From Octopus sinensis (lineage: Eukaryota), in assembly GCF_006345805.1 (NCBI RefSeq), contig NC_042997.1, positions 130,696,001 through 130,760,000 of the forward strand: a DNA stretch of 64,000 nucleotides, written 5' to 3'. The translations under genes were made by a program, and so were the position numbers. Under the pieces are notes generated by a model, which saw only the letters and a program-made list of their open reading frames with translations, had not been told where the DNA came from and did not search any database. Shown one piece after another: positions 28,297-39,799 of this stretch. How positions within the stretch are numbered: position 1 is the first letter of the stretch; every line of letters starts with the position of its first letter.

Positions 28297-29860
28297 ATGA
28301 TAAATGATATTGTAGGTATATACATTCTATCTCATTTTAATAATAAATTTCCAGATATTAAAGGAAGACTGTATAGAGATGATGAGCTGTTATTGATTAA
28401 CAGTGTATCAAATAGGAAATTAGACTTATATAAGAAAAAATTGCATAGTATTTTTAAAAGATTTGGTTTATCCTTCTGTTGAAAATGAACAAGATTTTGT
28501 TAATTATTTAGATGTTAATCTGAATCTTGTTGCTGATAAATGTGGCCCATATCATAAACCAAACAATAATTTGAAAAATATTAACTTTAATAGTAATCAT
28601 TCTAAAGCAATTACACAAACTTTAGTTGATAATATTTTGAGGTATGTTTAACATTTTTCTACTAATGAGGAAATTATAAACAATAATGAAGAATATTATA
28701 ATGAGGTCCTTAAAAGAGTGGGATATATGCATAGGATTGTATAATGTAATAAAAATAAAGACTATAAAAAATATTCTTATAATAATGATAAATCAATAAA
28801 CACCGAATCTGTAGATCTAATAGTAGTGATGTGAGCAATAAAATTAAAATTTGTAAATCTCATAAAAATGTAAATAGTAATAAGGTTGATGAGGTAATTA
28901 ATAAATTAAACACTTCAGAATCTATAGATAACCAAAGTAAGAGCAGAAGGAAATATAGTGTAAATGCATGTTCTAAAATCAATACTAATAATGTAGATAC
29001 ACTAAACCGGTCTTCTAATAATATTCATGTTATTGATAATAAGAATAATAGTAATAGTAGCAGTAGGAATAAGAAAAAGTGTAGTAATTATAATATTCTG
29101 TATGAAAATGGACTTAAGTTTAAGACTAAAAAGTACACCCAATATGCAGGTTTTGATACACTTAATACTGTTACTTCTATAAATGAAAAAAAACATTTGG
29201 TTTATTGGTTTATTATTCTTTATGCTAAACAAATAAAAGCTAATTTGGTTAAGCTTTTTAAAGATCTATATCTAAACATTTTAATAAAGAAAATAATTAT
29301 AATAAAATAAATAATAATGAAAAGATCAGAATTGGCTTTTCAGTATCTAAAAATTTGTTTAGAATTATCTCTTCAATTAATAACAAAAATATTAGACATA
29401 TTTTATAGTAATAGAAATAATAATAATTCTATTCCTGATAATTATTTTCGCTAGAACTTGTGATTGTAGATTTAAGGATAAATGTTATTTCAATAACTTT
29501 TGTATGCAAAATAACCTTGCATATAGATGTAGAGTTGAATCTGAAGGGAAAAATTATTTTTACATTGGGTCAACTGAAAATTTTATTCAAAGACACATTA
29601 CAAACCATAAATATACTTTTAGGAACAGGGATAGAGCGAACAGCATCAGTTCAAGTAAATTTATATGGAAGTTAAAGGATAGTGTGAAATTGTACAACAT
29701 TAAATGGCAAATACTTAATCATGCTAGATCTTATAAAATTGTAGATAATAGATGTAACCTATGTGTGGCTGAAATATATAAAATTTTAACATAAAAAAAG
29801 AAGCTTCTTAATAACAGACAGGAAGTGGTTTATCTAGTAAAGACTCTTCTAAACATGTGC
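28297..29860 (+). mobile_element. 5'-truncated, degraded Penelope-like retroelement (RT C-terminal part + GIY-YIG endonuclease)
   Basis: GRLYRDD, VNYLDVNLNL and YHKPNN RT motifs; CDCR..C; LAYRC...YFYIGST GIY-YIG-like; WQIL...RSY...RCNLCVAE. Contains frameshifts and stops. Confidence 0.88.
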
Positions 29861-30656
29861 TTAGAAAATTTTATTAAATGTATTATTTCAAGGATTATAA
29901 TAAATAATTTTTTTTATTTATTGTGAATATATGTATATGAATGTATGTATGTGCATGTATTTCTGTGTGTAAGTATATATGTATGTGCATGTGTATTTAT
30001 ATATGTGTGTGCAGGTGTGTATATGTTTATGCAATGAATTGGCAGAAATGTTAATGAGGAGGGCGAAATGCCTAGTGGTATTTCGTCTGTCTTTTCGTTC
30101 TGAGTTCATATTCCACCGAGGCCTACTTTACCTTCGGTATATTTCAGGTGCCAGTGCCGCTGGACTGGTTCCAATGCAGGTGGCACATAAAAAGCACCAT
30201 TTGAGCGTGACCATTGCCAGTACCACCTGACTGTCCCTCGTGCCGGTGGCATGTAAAAGCAACCACTACATTCACAGAGTGATTGGCATTAGGAAGGGCG
30301 TCCAGCTCTAGAAACTCTGCCAGATCAGATTGGAGTCTGGTGCAGCCATCTGGTTCACCAGACCTCAGTCAAATCGTCCAACCCATGCTAGCATGGAAAG
30401 CAGACATTAATCGATGATGATGATGATGATGATATATATATATATGTATCCGTGTGTGTGTGTGTGTGTATATATATATGTGTGTGTGGTGTGTGTGTGT
30501 GTGTGTGTGTGTATACGTGTGTGTGTGTGTATATATATTTATAAATATATATTTGAATTTGTATACATGTTAAATAAATAAATGGATAAATAAATAAATG
30601 AATGAATGAATAAATAAATAAGGTGATACTAATTTCTTTAAAAATTAAAATACTGA

Positions 30657-31403
30657 TAGCTATATGACACACGAACCTGCGTCCATTACAACCTTCGAAA
30701 GTTGTAATGGACGCAGGTTCGTGTGTCATATAGCTAGCTAGAGGTGATGGCCTCTTGGAGCTAATCAGCGACAGCTTTAGTCTTATGTTTATAGACTGCC
30801 ATATTAGTATGGCGATAACTATTAATATCCAGTAACGTTGCTGTAATCTCCTTTAGAGAGACTTAGTAATTTTAATATTTCTATCATTGAAAACAAGTGG
30901 ATGTATTCCACTGTAACTAGGTAAATAAAATCTTCGAACAGACGGTCAGTAGCGACACCTGCTGGTTCTGACTACGCTGCATTGATAAAGGGCAACAACC
31001 CTGAAACATGTCTGCAGATGTCTGACTAGCAAGGTGAAGCGGCTGACCTCCCCTGTTCGAAGGTTGTAATGGACGCAGGTTCATGTGTCATATAGCTAGC
31101 TAGAGGCGATGGCCTCTTGAAGCTAATCAGTGACAGCTTTAGTCTTATGTTTATAGACTGCCAATATTAGTATGGCGATAACTATTAATATCCAGTAACG
31201 CTGCCATAATCTCCTTTAGAGAGACATAGTAATTTTAATATGACACACGAACCTGCGTCCATTACAACCTTCGAAGGTTGTAATGGACGCAGGTTCGTGT
31301 GTCATATAGCTAGCTAGAGGCGATGGCCTCTTGGAGCTAATCAGCGATAGCTTTAGTCTTATGTTTATAGACTGCCATATTAGTGTGGCGATAACTATTA
31401 ATA
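30657..31403 (+). mobile_element. Retrozyme-like / Penelope pseudo-LTR array: 362-nt tandem unit containing the hammerhead, plus two palindromic junctions
   Basis: GTTGTAATGGACGC anchors at 30701, 31063 and 31277. Palindromes centred on TTCGAA at 30657-30736 (one mismatch) and 31238-31307 (perfect). Confidence 0.7.
30977..31017 (+). ncRNA. Type I minimal hammerhead ribozyme, U3-A8 core variant
   Basis: Stem I CTGCA/TGCAG, core TTGATAA, stem II AGGG-caacaa-CCCT, GAAA, palindromic stem III ACATGT, cleavage triplet GUC (cut after 31012). Confidence 0.8.
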
Positions 31404-31746
31404 TATACACATACATATATATCTATATGTCAAGCTTCTTTCAGTTTCCATCTACCAAATCTATCAATTAAGAAAAATGTACCAAGCTTTAAAAATGGGT
31501 ACTCAGATTGATTTGTTTGACTAGGCTCTTCAATGCAGTTCCCCAGCATGGCCACAAACCAATGACTGAAATAAATATAAAATAAATAAATAAATGAAAA
31601 GGAACAAAATCTTATTTAAAAGAATGATATTTTGTCTTGAACTGCTACTTCTATCATCAAATATTTCAGAGTGGTGCTCCAGTATGACCACAGCCACATA
31701 GCTGAAACAAATAAAAGAATACCAACAAAACTCTTATTATACTTAC

Positions 31747-31864
31747 TCTGAAGAGCTTCAGAAGCCCCGACTATCTTGAATTCAAGCCAGCCAAACCTTC
31801 GTACAACAAGTGTAGCCAAGCAGATATTTAATGGAACAAGTATGGAGGCTATAATGAGCCGAAC
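31747..31864 (-). CDS. Coding exon 4 (VRLIIASILVPLNICLATLVVRRFGWLEFKIVGASEALQ)
   Basis: Acceptor (TTA)n-TTCAG, donor AGA|GTAAGT, 118 nt, phase 0 to 1. Confidence 0.9.
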
Positions 31865-31883
31865 CTGAATAATAATAATAATG

Positions 31884-31922
<39 letters not shown>

Positions 31923-31971
31923 GTGATAATATTAATAATAATAGTGATAATAATAATATTAATAACAACTC

Positions 31972-32260
31972 GAGGTAACTCGAATGTGGAATCTAAAAAC
32001 AGAAACAATTCCTATCATAGTAGACGCATTAGGTATGATGAAAAAAAATATTCAGACAAATACATGACAAAAACACCAGGACTTACAAATATATATAACA
32101 TACAGAAAATTGCACTACTGGGCACTGCACACATCCTACGCAAAATACTTTCAATACAGTAACCATAAGAGCATCACCACAAACCACAGCACATATCCAA
32201 GGCACACAGAGCTGTGCTTCATTGTGAAGTGAAAGCACGCTATAAAAATAAAACTACTAA
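31972..32260 (+). mobile_element. R4/Dong-clade element 3' end, second copy, in a (TAA)n array abutting the exon 4 acceptor
   Basis: EVTRMWNLKTETIPIIVDALG...IQKIALLGTAHILRKILSIQ*; (TAA)n at 31868-31965 and 32261-32283. Confidence 0.8.
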
Positions 32261-32423
32261 ATAATAATAATAATAATAATAATTTTGGGCCTAGTGCCTA
32301 GAAAAGAATATCTGATATAAAAATTTTTTTTTTGTTTTAGATTAAATAAATGTATTGTAAGCTACATACATATTTTAGATATTATAATAATAAATTGAAG
32401 TATAATATTTATGAAAGGTTTAA

Positions 32424-32725
32424 CCCTTCAATTGAAAAACACAGTTTCCGTTTCAATCTATTTTGAAAATAGCAAAAAATTTAATATAACAAATTTGCCA
32501 TTATTAAACTTTAGCATTTAAATATGTCATTTCTGGTCCAATTGTCCTACCTGTTCTATGCTCAAAACAGCCAGATCTGGCTTCTCATGCCTACCCTACA
32601 ACGTCCTTCTCAATATAAACAGTCACAGCATCAAAATCTTGAAGCTACAAGATAATACATGATTAACTCAAGATAATATGAATAAATAAGCATTACATTT
32701 GACAGAGTATCTGAATTCTAGAGGG
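32424..32725. mobile_element. piggyBac-type MITE (possibly composite)
   Basis: TTAA|CCCT...AGGG|TTAA termini. Confidence 0.65.
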
Positions 32726-33685
32726 TTAAAAGAAGAATTTTGCATCATAAAACCTGCAGCAGTTTCTGGAGGGTTGGTATTAAGAGTTAAGGTCCAGTAT
32801 GTTGTTTTAAAACACATCGTTTGGGGCAGCAGATTGTAAGAATAAGTAGAGCTTCTGATAAAATGTATTAGTCTATTTAGTTACATCATCATCATCATCA
32901 TCGTTTAACGTCTGCTTTCCATGCTAGCATGGGTTTGATGGTTTGACTGAGGGCTGGCGAACCAGATGGCTGCACCAGGCTCCAGTCTTGATCTGGCAGA
33001 GTTTCTACAGCTGGATGCCCTTCCTAACGCCAACCACTCCGAGAGTGTAATGGGTGCTTTTACGTGCCACCGGCACGGGGACCAATCAGGCGGTACTGGC
33101 AACAACCTCGCTCGAATCTTTTTACACATGCCAATGGCACAGGTGCCAGTAAGGCGAAGCTGGTAATGATCCCACTCGAATGGTACCTCTTACATGTCAC
33201 CGGCACGGAAGCCAGTTAGCTGCTCTGGCAACAATCACACTTGGATGGTGCTCTTAGCACCCTACTAGCACAGGGCACAAGTGCCAGTAAGGCAAAGCTG
33301 GCAACGATCACACTCGAATGGCGCCTTTTATGTGCCACTGGCACGGAAGCCGATTAGCCGCTCTGTCAACGATCACGCTTGTATGGTGCTTGTGCCCGTC
33401 ATCGAATTTCACTTTAATTTTGATTTTGATTTTGATTTTGATTTCAACCTTTTATATTTTAAATTCAAATCTTGATGCAATTCTACCTTTCATCTTTCCA
33501 AATCAATAAAGTAGTCGCAGTCAAGTACAATTGATTTATACAACTGATTATTCCCACTTGAACAGTCGTGGCTTTATGCCTAAGAAATTAGTATGAAGCG
33601 TTGATAACATTTATTTTCTTGCTTAACATCCACCTACCCCATTTCTTAGCCCTTCTTGTCACTAGCCCTCACCTGTTCCCCTATG

Positions 33686-33970
33686 GAGGCACGTGGCCGA
33701 GTGGTTAGAGCAGTGGACTCACAGTCGAGGGATCGTGGGTTCGAATCTCAGACCGCGCGATGTGTGTGTTTATGAGCGAAACACCTAAGCTCTATGCAGC
33801 TCCAGCACGGTGAACTTCTGCTGACTCTTTCACCACAACATTCTCCCACTCTTTCCTCCTGCATCTTGCAGCTCACCTGCGACCGACCGGCGTCCCGTCC
33901 AGGTGGGGAACCTATACGCCAAGGAAATCAGGAAACTGGCCCTTATGAGCCAGGCATGGTTTGAGAAGGA
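33686..33970 (+). mobile_element. tRNA-derived SINE with V-domain-like core and 15-bp TSD
   Basis: A box TGGCCGAGTGG, B box GGTTCGAATC, core CCTGCGACCGACCGGCGTCCCGTCCAGG; TSD ACCTGTTCCCCTATG at 33671-33685 and 33971-33985. Confidence 0.88.
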
Positions 33971-34610
33971 ACCTGTTCCCCTATGATAGACATATTTTGT
34001 GTGGAAGACGAGTGATGAACACTCTTTGCATGACAGTAATATTTATTTACAACTGTCACTCAATGTCAAGATAAAGAGACACTAACATATGTGCACACAC
34101 ATGCTTGTGCACATGCATGCACACACACACACACACGCACACATGATAGGCTTCTTTCAGTTTTCTTCTACCAAATCCACTCACAAGGCTTTAGTCAACC
34201 CGGGGCTATAGTAGAAGACACTTTCCCAAGGTGCCACACGATGGGATTGAATCCAGAACCATGTGGTTGGGAAGCCCTGTTTAAATATTGTTTTTATCTT
34301 TCTTTTCTACTCTAGGCACAAGGCCCAAAATTTTTGAGGAGAGGGCCAGTTGATTAGATCAACCCCAGTGTGCAACTGGTACTAAATTTATCAACCACCC
34401 CCCACCAAATAAAAAGGATGAAAGGCAAAGTCGACCTTGGCAGAATTTAAACTCAGAACATAAAGACAGATGAAATACCACTAGGCATTTTGCCCAGCAT
34501 GCTAACGTTTCTGCCAGCTCACTGCCTTCGCCCTGTTAATATATTATCAGCAGAACAAAATATGAATTATTTAAAGATAAACACTAGGAAGAAAATTCTT
34601 TACAACTTAC

Positions 34611-34753
34611 CAATTTAACTGTTTCTAAATTCTTCGTTATGCTGGCTTGCACAATACAGTAGATCAGAATAACAACCATTGCAGCAACCAAAGCTAGCAG
34701 TTCATAGGCTCGTTCTCTAAGGAGACCGTGAATGGTATAAAACACACAGAATC
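34611..34753 (-). CDS. Coding exon 3 (GFCVFYTIHGLLRERAYELL...KNLETVKL)
   Basis: Acceptor cctttctttcag, donor TTG|GTAAGT, 143 nt, phase 1 to 0, continues exon 2 without a stop. Confidence 0.92.
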
Positions 34754-35041
34754 CTGAAAGAAAGGACTACATTGGTTACATTTTTTTCGGATTTTTACCT
34801 TTTTGAAACAATAATATATTTTAAACACTTGGAACAGACCAACAGACCAGTCTAGTAATATATACCATTGTCAAATCTTACCTCAAATAAATCCTTAAGC
34901 TTTTAATTATTGAATCTTCAGGTTCCAAGTTCTTAACCAAAATATGACATATTACACTTTTACTTTTTTAGTCGTTTCAGTCATTTGACTGTGGCCATGC
35001 TGGAGCATCACCTTTATTCGAGCAAATCGACCCCAGTGTAA

Positions 35042-35156
35042 TTGTAATTCCGAAAGTGATTGAAAAATAAAAACTTTTACCTTATATCCTAGACCCTTGC
35101 AGGGTCTAGGATATAAGGTAAAAGTTTTTATTTTTCAATCACTTTCGGAATTACAA
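35042..35156. repeat. Perfect palindrome, 56-bp arms, 3-nt loop
   Basis: 35042-35097 and 35101-35156 are exact reverse complements; loop TGC. Confidence 0.97.
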
Positions 35157-35729
35157 CAATTAGTGGCTTGGAGTTTAACTGCTCTTTCTAGTGAGTCAGA
35201 TATCCTATTTTCTGGGTATCTCTTATGTGTTTGAATGTGCACTGTATTCTTCTCTGAATAATGTATAGTCTACTGATTAAAATTTTTTCCTTCTCACTAG
35301 ACCACTAGTAGCTAAGAATTTTTTTGATAAATATTCTTGCTACCCTAAGATTTTAATTAATGATAAAATTAAATAAATTTATCTTTCAGGCCACAATGTT
35401 TACATGAAATAACATCGATTTTTTAACATATAACATTTTAATGATGTCTTATAGCCTTTAGATGAAATAGAACACAATGATTTCATTTGGGATCTTAGAA
35501 AATGATACAATGTACTGGTGTAATCAAGAGGAACTCTGGCTTGTCAAGCTGTTGCCATCTTGTCTCTTTACAGTGACTTTCCATTGGTTTTATACATATG
35601 TACATATATGAATAAAGTTAAGAATTTGAAGCCTGAGAAAAAATATGGCAACTGCTTTCCATTACTGGAGGTGTAAAAAGTCACATCTACTTCGTGGGTG
35701 CTATGAAAAATTAAGATGAAATGAAGTAC

Positions 35730-36235
35730 CAATGGCAAGAGAATACCATCCATCAGGCATTTGCCATATTCTGAACGCCTTACTTCCCTGGGCATGGATA
35801 CATTGAAACTCCTATGTCTGGCAGCTGACTTGGCAGACACCCATAAAATTATTAACCATCTTACTAATAATAACTCTGAGCACCTTTTCAAACTCCACCT
35901 GTCTAACACTCGTGTACGTGTTTACAAAGTCAGAAAACAGCACAGCTCCCATGACTTTCAGAAACATCTTTTTGCTAAGAGTTGCTGAAGCTTGGAACAA
36001 ACTGCCGGCATCAGTTGTTAGTTGTCGGAGCACTGCATCCTTCAAAACTTCCATGCTTCCTGAGATTCACCAACACTACACCTGATTTTCTCCCTTCTAT
36101 ACACATGCAAGCATGTATCTGACTTATACACTGTTCGCTTTCCAGACATTTGTACATTACTGCATATGTTTTATATGCACTTTTGACAAGTTGTGGTGCA
36201 CCTGAGCACTGTATACAATAATTTCATTATTATAT
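35730..36235 (+). mobile_element. CR1-clade LINE 3' end
   Basis: RIPSIRHLPYSERLTSLGMDTLKL...DLADTHKII...RVAEAWNKLP...SFK. Confidence 0.88.
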
Positions 36236-36389
36236 TAAAGTGATTGGTAGTATTGGCTGTAATTGATTGATGATATTGCCTGCTTCGATTGATACACCCA
36301 CTCTACTAACAAATATACAAGTACATCTTTTTTCTGACTTATGGCTTCTTAACAACTATATTTATCTCAAATGCTCCAGAAACTCTCTA

Positions 36390-37780
36390 GAGACATTGAA
36401 TAATTTCTACAACCAAGGTGACCTAATTAGCAGAGGAGGAGGATGTACTAAAAGTGTAATTGCTAGAATAAGAATAGGATTGAGAAAGTTCAGAGAACTT
36501 TTACTTCTGTTGGTAAACAAAGGTCTTTCTCTCCAAGGGAAAGGAAGGTTGCATGATGCATGTATATGAACAGCAATGTTACATTGTAGTGAGACACGGG
36601 CCCTGCTGGCAGAGAACATGTGAAGACTGGAGAGGAATGAAGCTAGTATGCTCTACTGGATGTACAATGTCAGTGTACATGTATGGCAGAGCACTGGTGT
36701 ATTGGGAGAAAAGTTAAGCATAAGAGGAATTAGATGCATTGTGCAAGAGAGAAGACAGCATTGGTTTAGTCATGTGATGCATATGGATGAGAACAGTTGT
36801 ATAAAGAAGTGCCAATCACTTGAAGTGGATGGAATTTGTGGAAGAGGGCGACCCAGGAAGACATGGAAACAAGTACTGAAGGCTGATCTCAAAACAATGA
36901 ACTTTATGAAGGATATGACAAAGAACTGAAATATCTGGCACCTTTCTGTACTCAAGAAGACCTGTCCACCACAGCAGAATTGATATCCTAAAACCCTCTT
37001 GGTAATGCTTGTCCATGAGGGGCACTGCCCCATCAGTTTTTATTCCCTACATTTCATACCCTAATATCCATCACTTTTCTATGAACTGACAGCAGAATAG
37101 GCACATACTACACTCCCCAGCTTTCTCCACCCTACACCACTTCCATTTTCCATTATCTTCCTCCACCTACTATCACACCTCGCTTATCTGCTATTACCCA
37201 CAATGCCCTCACGTAACTACTGCAACCCTCTCCTAGGTTTCTCTCTAGCATTTGCTATAGTCACCTCTATCCTGCCCACCCGCCCAATCCAAACCTCTGT
37301 ATAACTTCACCTATTCTCCCACCCCCAAAGACCCTCGAGAGCATGTCCTGACACATCTTTACCATATCTCTATCACTATTGCTCTACTTATCTTATCATA
37401 CTCTCTAACTCACTCTCCTTTCCATTCCAACTGGGTAATCTGTGTATCTACAACAAGACACCAGTCTCTGTCCCTCTGTATCTTTGAATATCTCAACTGG
37501 CACAAAGCCACCCCTCCAATACTTCTCCTCACTCTCAGTTGAGGGATCCTTGCTTTTTTTGTCTTTTTTGTCTTTTTGCAAGGTACGTGGTGACCCTGTC
37601 AGGGCTGGTGTAAAAAGTACCCAGTATACTCTGTAAAATGGTTGGCATTAAGAAGGGCATCTAGCAGTAGAAACCATGCCAAAGCAGACAATGGAGCCTG
37701 GTATAACTTCTGGCCCTGTCAGCTCTTGTCAAACCATGTGACTCATGCCAGCATTGAAAATGGATGATTAATGATGATGA
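36390..37780 (+). mobile_element. RTE-clade LINE 3' end with 3' UTR and (GAT)n tail
   Basis: GDLISRGGGC...ARIRIG.RKFRELL, ERRQHWFSHVMHMD, GRGRPRKTW. Ends in the AGGGCATC...(GAT)n tail shared with SINE family C. Confidence 0.8.
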
Positions 37781-37788
37781 TGATGGTG

Positions 37789-37824
<36 letters not shown>

Positions 37825-38140
37825 ATGCATATATCACCGTGATCCCTGTGACCGACCAGGCTATCAGATGTTGCTACACATCGCTGGTCACCATGCGCTT
37901 CACATTGTTTTAGCCTTCAAATGATGTCACCCTGCTGGCTAAGTGAGCAGGCCAACAGAAGAAAGAGTGAGAGAAAGTTGCAGTGAAAGAGTACAGCAGG
38001 GATCGCCACCACCCCCTGCCAGAGCCTCATGGAGCTTTTAGGTGTTTTTGCTCAATAAACACTCACAACGCCCGGTCTGGGAATTGAATTCGTGATCCTA
38101 CCACCGTGAGTCCGCAACCACTGGGCCATTGCGCGTCCAC
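37825..38140 (-). mobile_element. SINE family D (tRNA head)
   Basis: Minus strand reads TGGCCCAGTGG...GAATTCAATTCCCAGACCGGGCG. A related copy at ~46495-46737 plus ~49999-50060 is split by the gypsy element. Confidence 0.75.
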
Positions 38141-38735
38141 GTATGTGTATATATATATATATAATGAAAATAAGCAACAAGGATATTCAGAGGTAATGGA
38201 TATCCTTGTTGCTCATTTTGATTTTAATCACCTTATTTTGAAATTGCAGGAGTGGCTGTGTGGAGGCGCAGGAGTGGCTGTGTGGTAAGTAGCTTGCTAA
38301 CCAACCACATGGTTCCGGGTTCAGTTCCACTGCGTGGCATCTTGGGCAAGTGTCTTCTGCTATAGCCCCGGGCCGACCAATGCCTTGTGAGTGGATTTGG
38401 TAGACGGAAACTGAAAGAAGCCTGTCGCATATATGTATATATGTATGTGTGTGTGTGTGTGTGTGTGTTTGTGTGTCTGTGTTTGTCCCCCTAACATTGC
38501 TTGACAGCCAATGCTGGTGTGTTTACATCCCTGTCACTTAGCGGTTCGGCAAAAGAGACCGATAGAATAAGTACTGGGTTTACAAAGAATAAGTCCCGGG
38601 GTCAATTTGCTTGACTAAAGGCGGTGCTCCAGCATGGCCACAGTCAAATGACTGAAACAAGTAAAAGAGAGTAATACCATACTAAATTCTGGTGCCTCAA
38701 CCTAAGTACCATATTCATCTGAATCTCTCTCTGTA

Positions 38736-38782
<47 letters not shown>

Positions 38783-39799
38783 TAGCTGTTGGACCCGGCT
38801 CATGTTTTCTGTGTTGAAGTTAAGCCCACCTCTGACCTTGTATTGAAATCTTCTTCATTCCCCATGCCAACTATTACCCATTAAGATGTTATACCTGCTA
38901 CGGCAGGGATTTTTACCCAGTTAATGCTTTCGACATACTCCTGCATAGTGGACAGTCTGAAATCACTCATTACACTGTGGCCATGCTGGGGCACTGCCTT
39001 AAAGAAATTTTAGTTCAATGAATTGCCTCTAGTATTTGTTTTTTAATCCTGGTACTTATTTTCTCAGCCTCTTTTGCTGAACCACTAACTTTCAGGTACA
39101 TAAACACACCAACACCAGTTGTCAAGTGGTTGTAGGGGACAAACGTATACACACACACACACACACACATGATAGGCCTCTTTACAGTTTCCAGCTTCCA
39201 AATACACCCACATGGCTTTGGTCGGCCCATGGCTATAATAGAAGACACTTGTCCAAGATGCCATGCAGTGGAACTGAACCTGGAACCATGGAGTCTGGAA
39301 GCAAACTTCTTACCAAACAGCCATGCCTGTGTTATTTGTAGATAATTTCAAAACTGGTCTCTCTTCCAGATATCAGGAATTATCTAGACAGTGAAGTAAA
39401 ATATCAATACTATATCTTTTGCAGGAAATTAAAAATTATATATCTCTGCTAGGAAATATAAAAAAAAAATTAATGTTTCACTGGATCTTACACTCAAAAA
39501 AATCCAATGATATTTCATTGCATCTTACACTCATTCTTTCCCTAGGAAAAGTGTATTTTAAGTTAACTGTTAACATCCTGTAGGAAATTTTTGAAATTAT
39601 ATATCTCTATTAGGAAAAAAAAAAAAATCCAATAATGTTTCATTGCATCTTACACTCATTCTCTTCCTAGTAAGAGTGTATTTTAAATTAACTGTTAACG
39701 AGATAAAAAACATTTGAGCGAGGTCGTTACCAGTGCCACTGGACTGGCTCCTGTGCAGGTGGCACATAAAAATACCATTTGAGCGTGGCCATTGCCAGT

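Noticed and set aside
28831-29310. 159-aa Asn/Lys-rich ORF as an independent gene
   Set aside because: It is the low-complexity linker inside the Penelope-like element.
33686-33760. tRNA-like sequences, also at 57858 and in other SINE heads
   Set aside because: A and B boxes are present but there is no complete cloverleaf; they continue into SINE bodies, with a TSD at 33686. No genuine tRNA gene was found.
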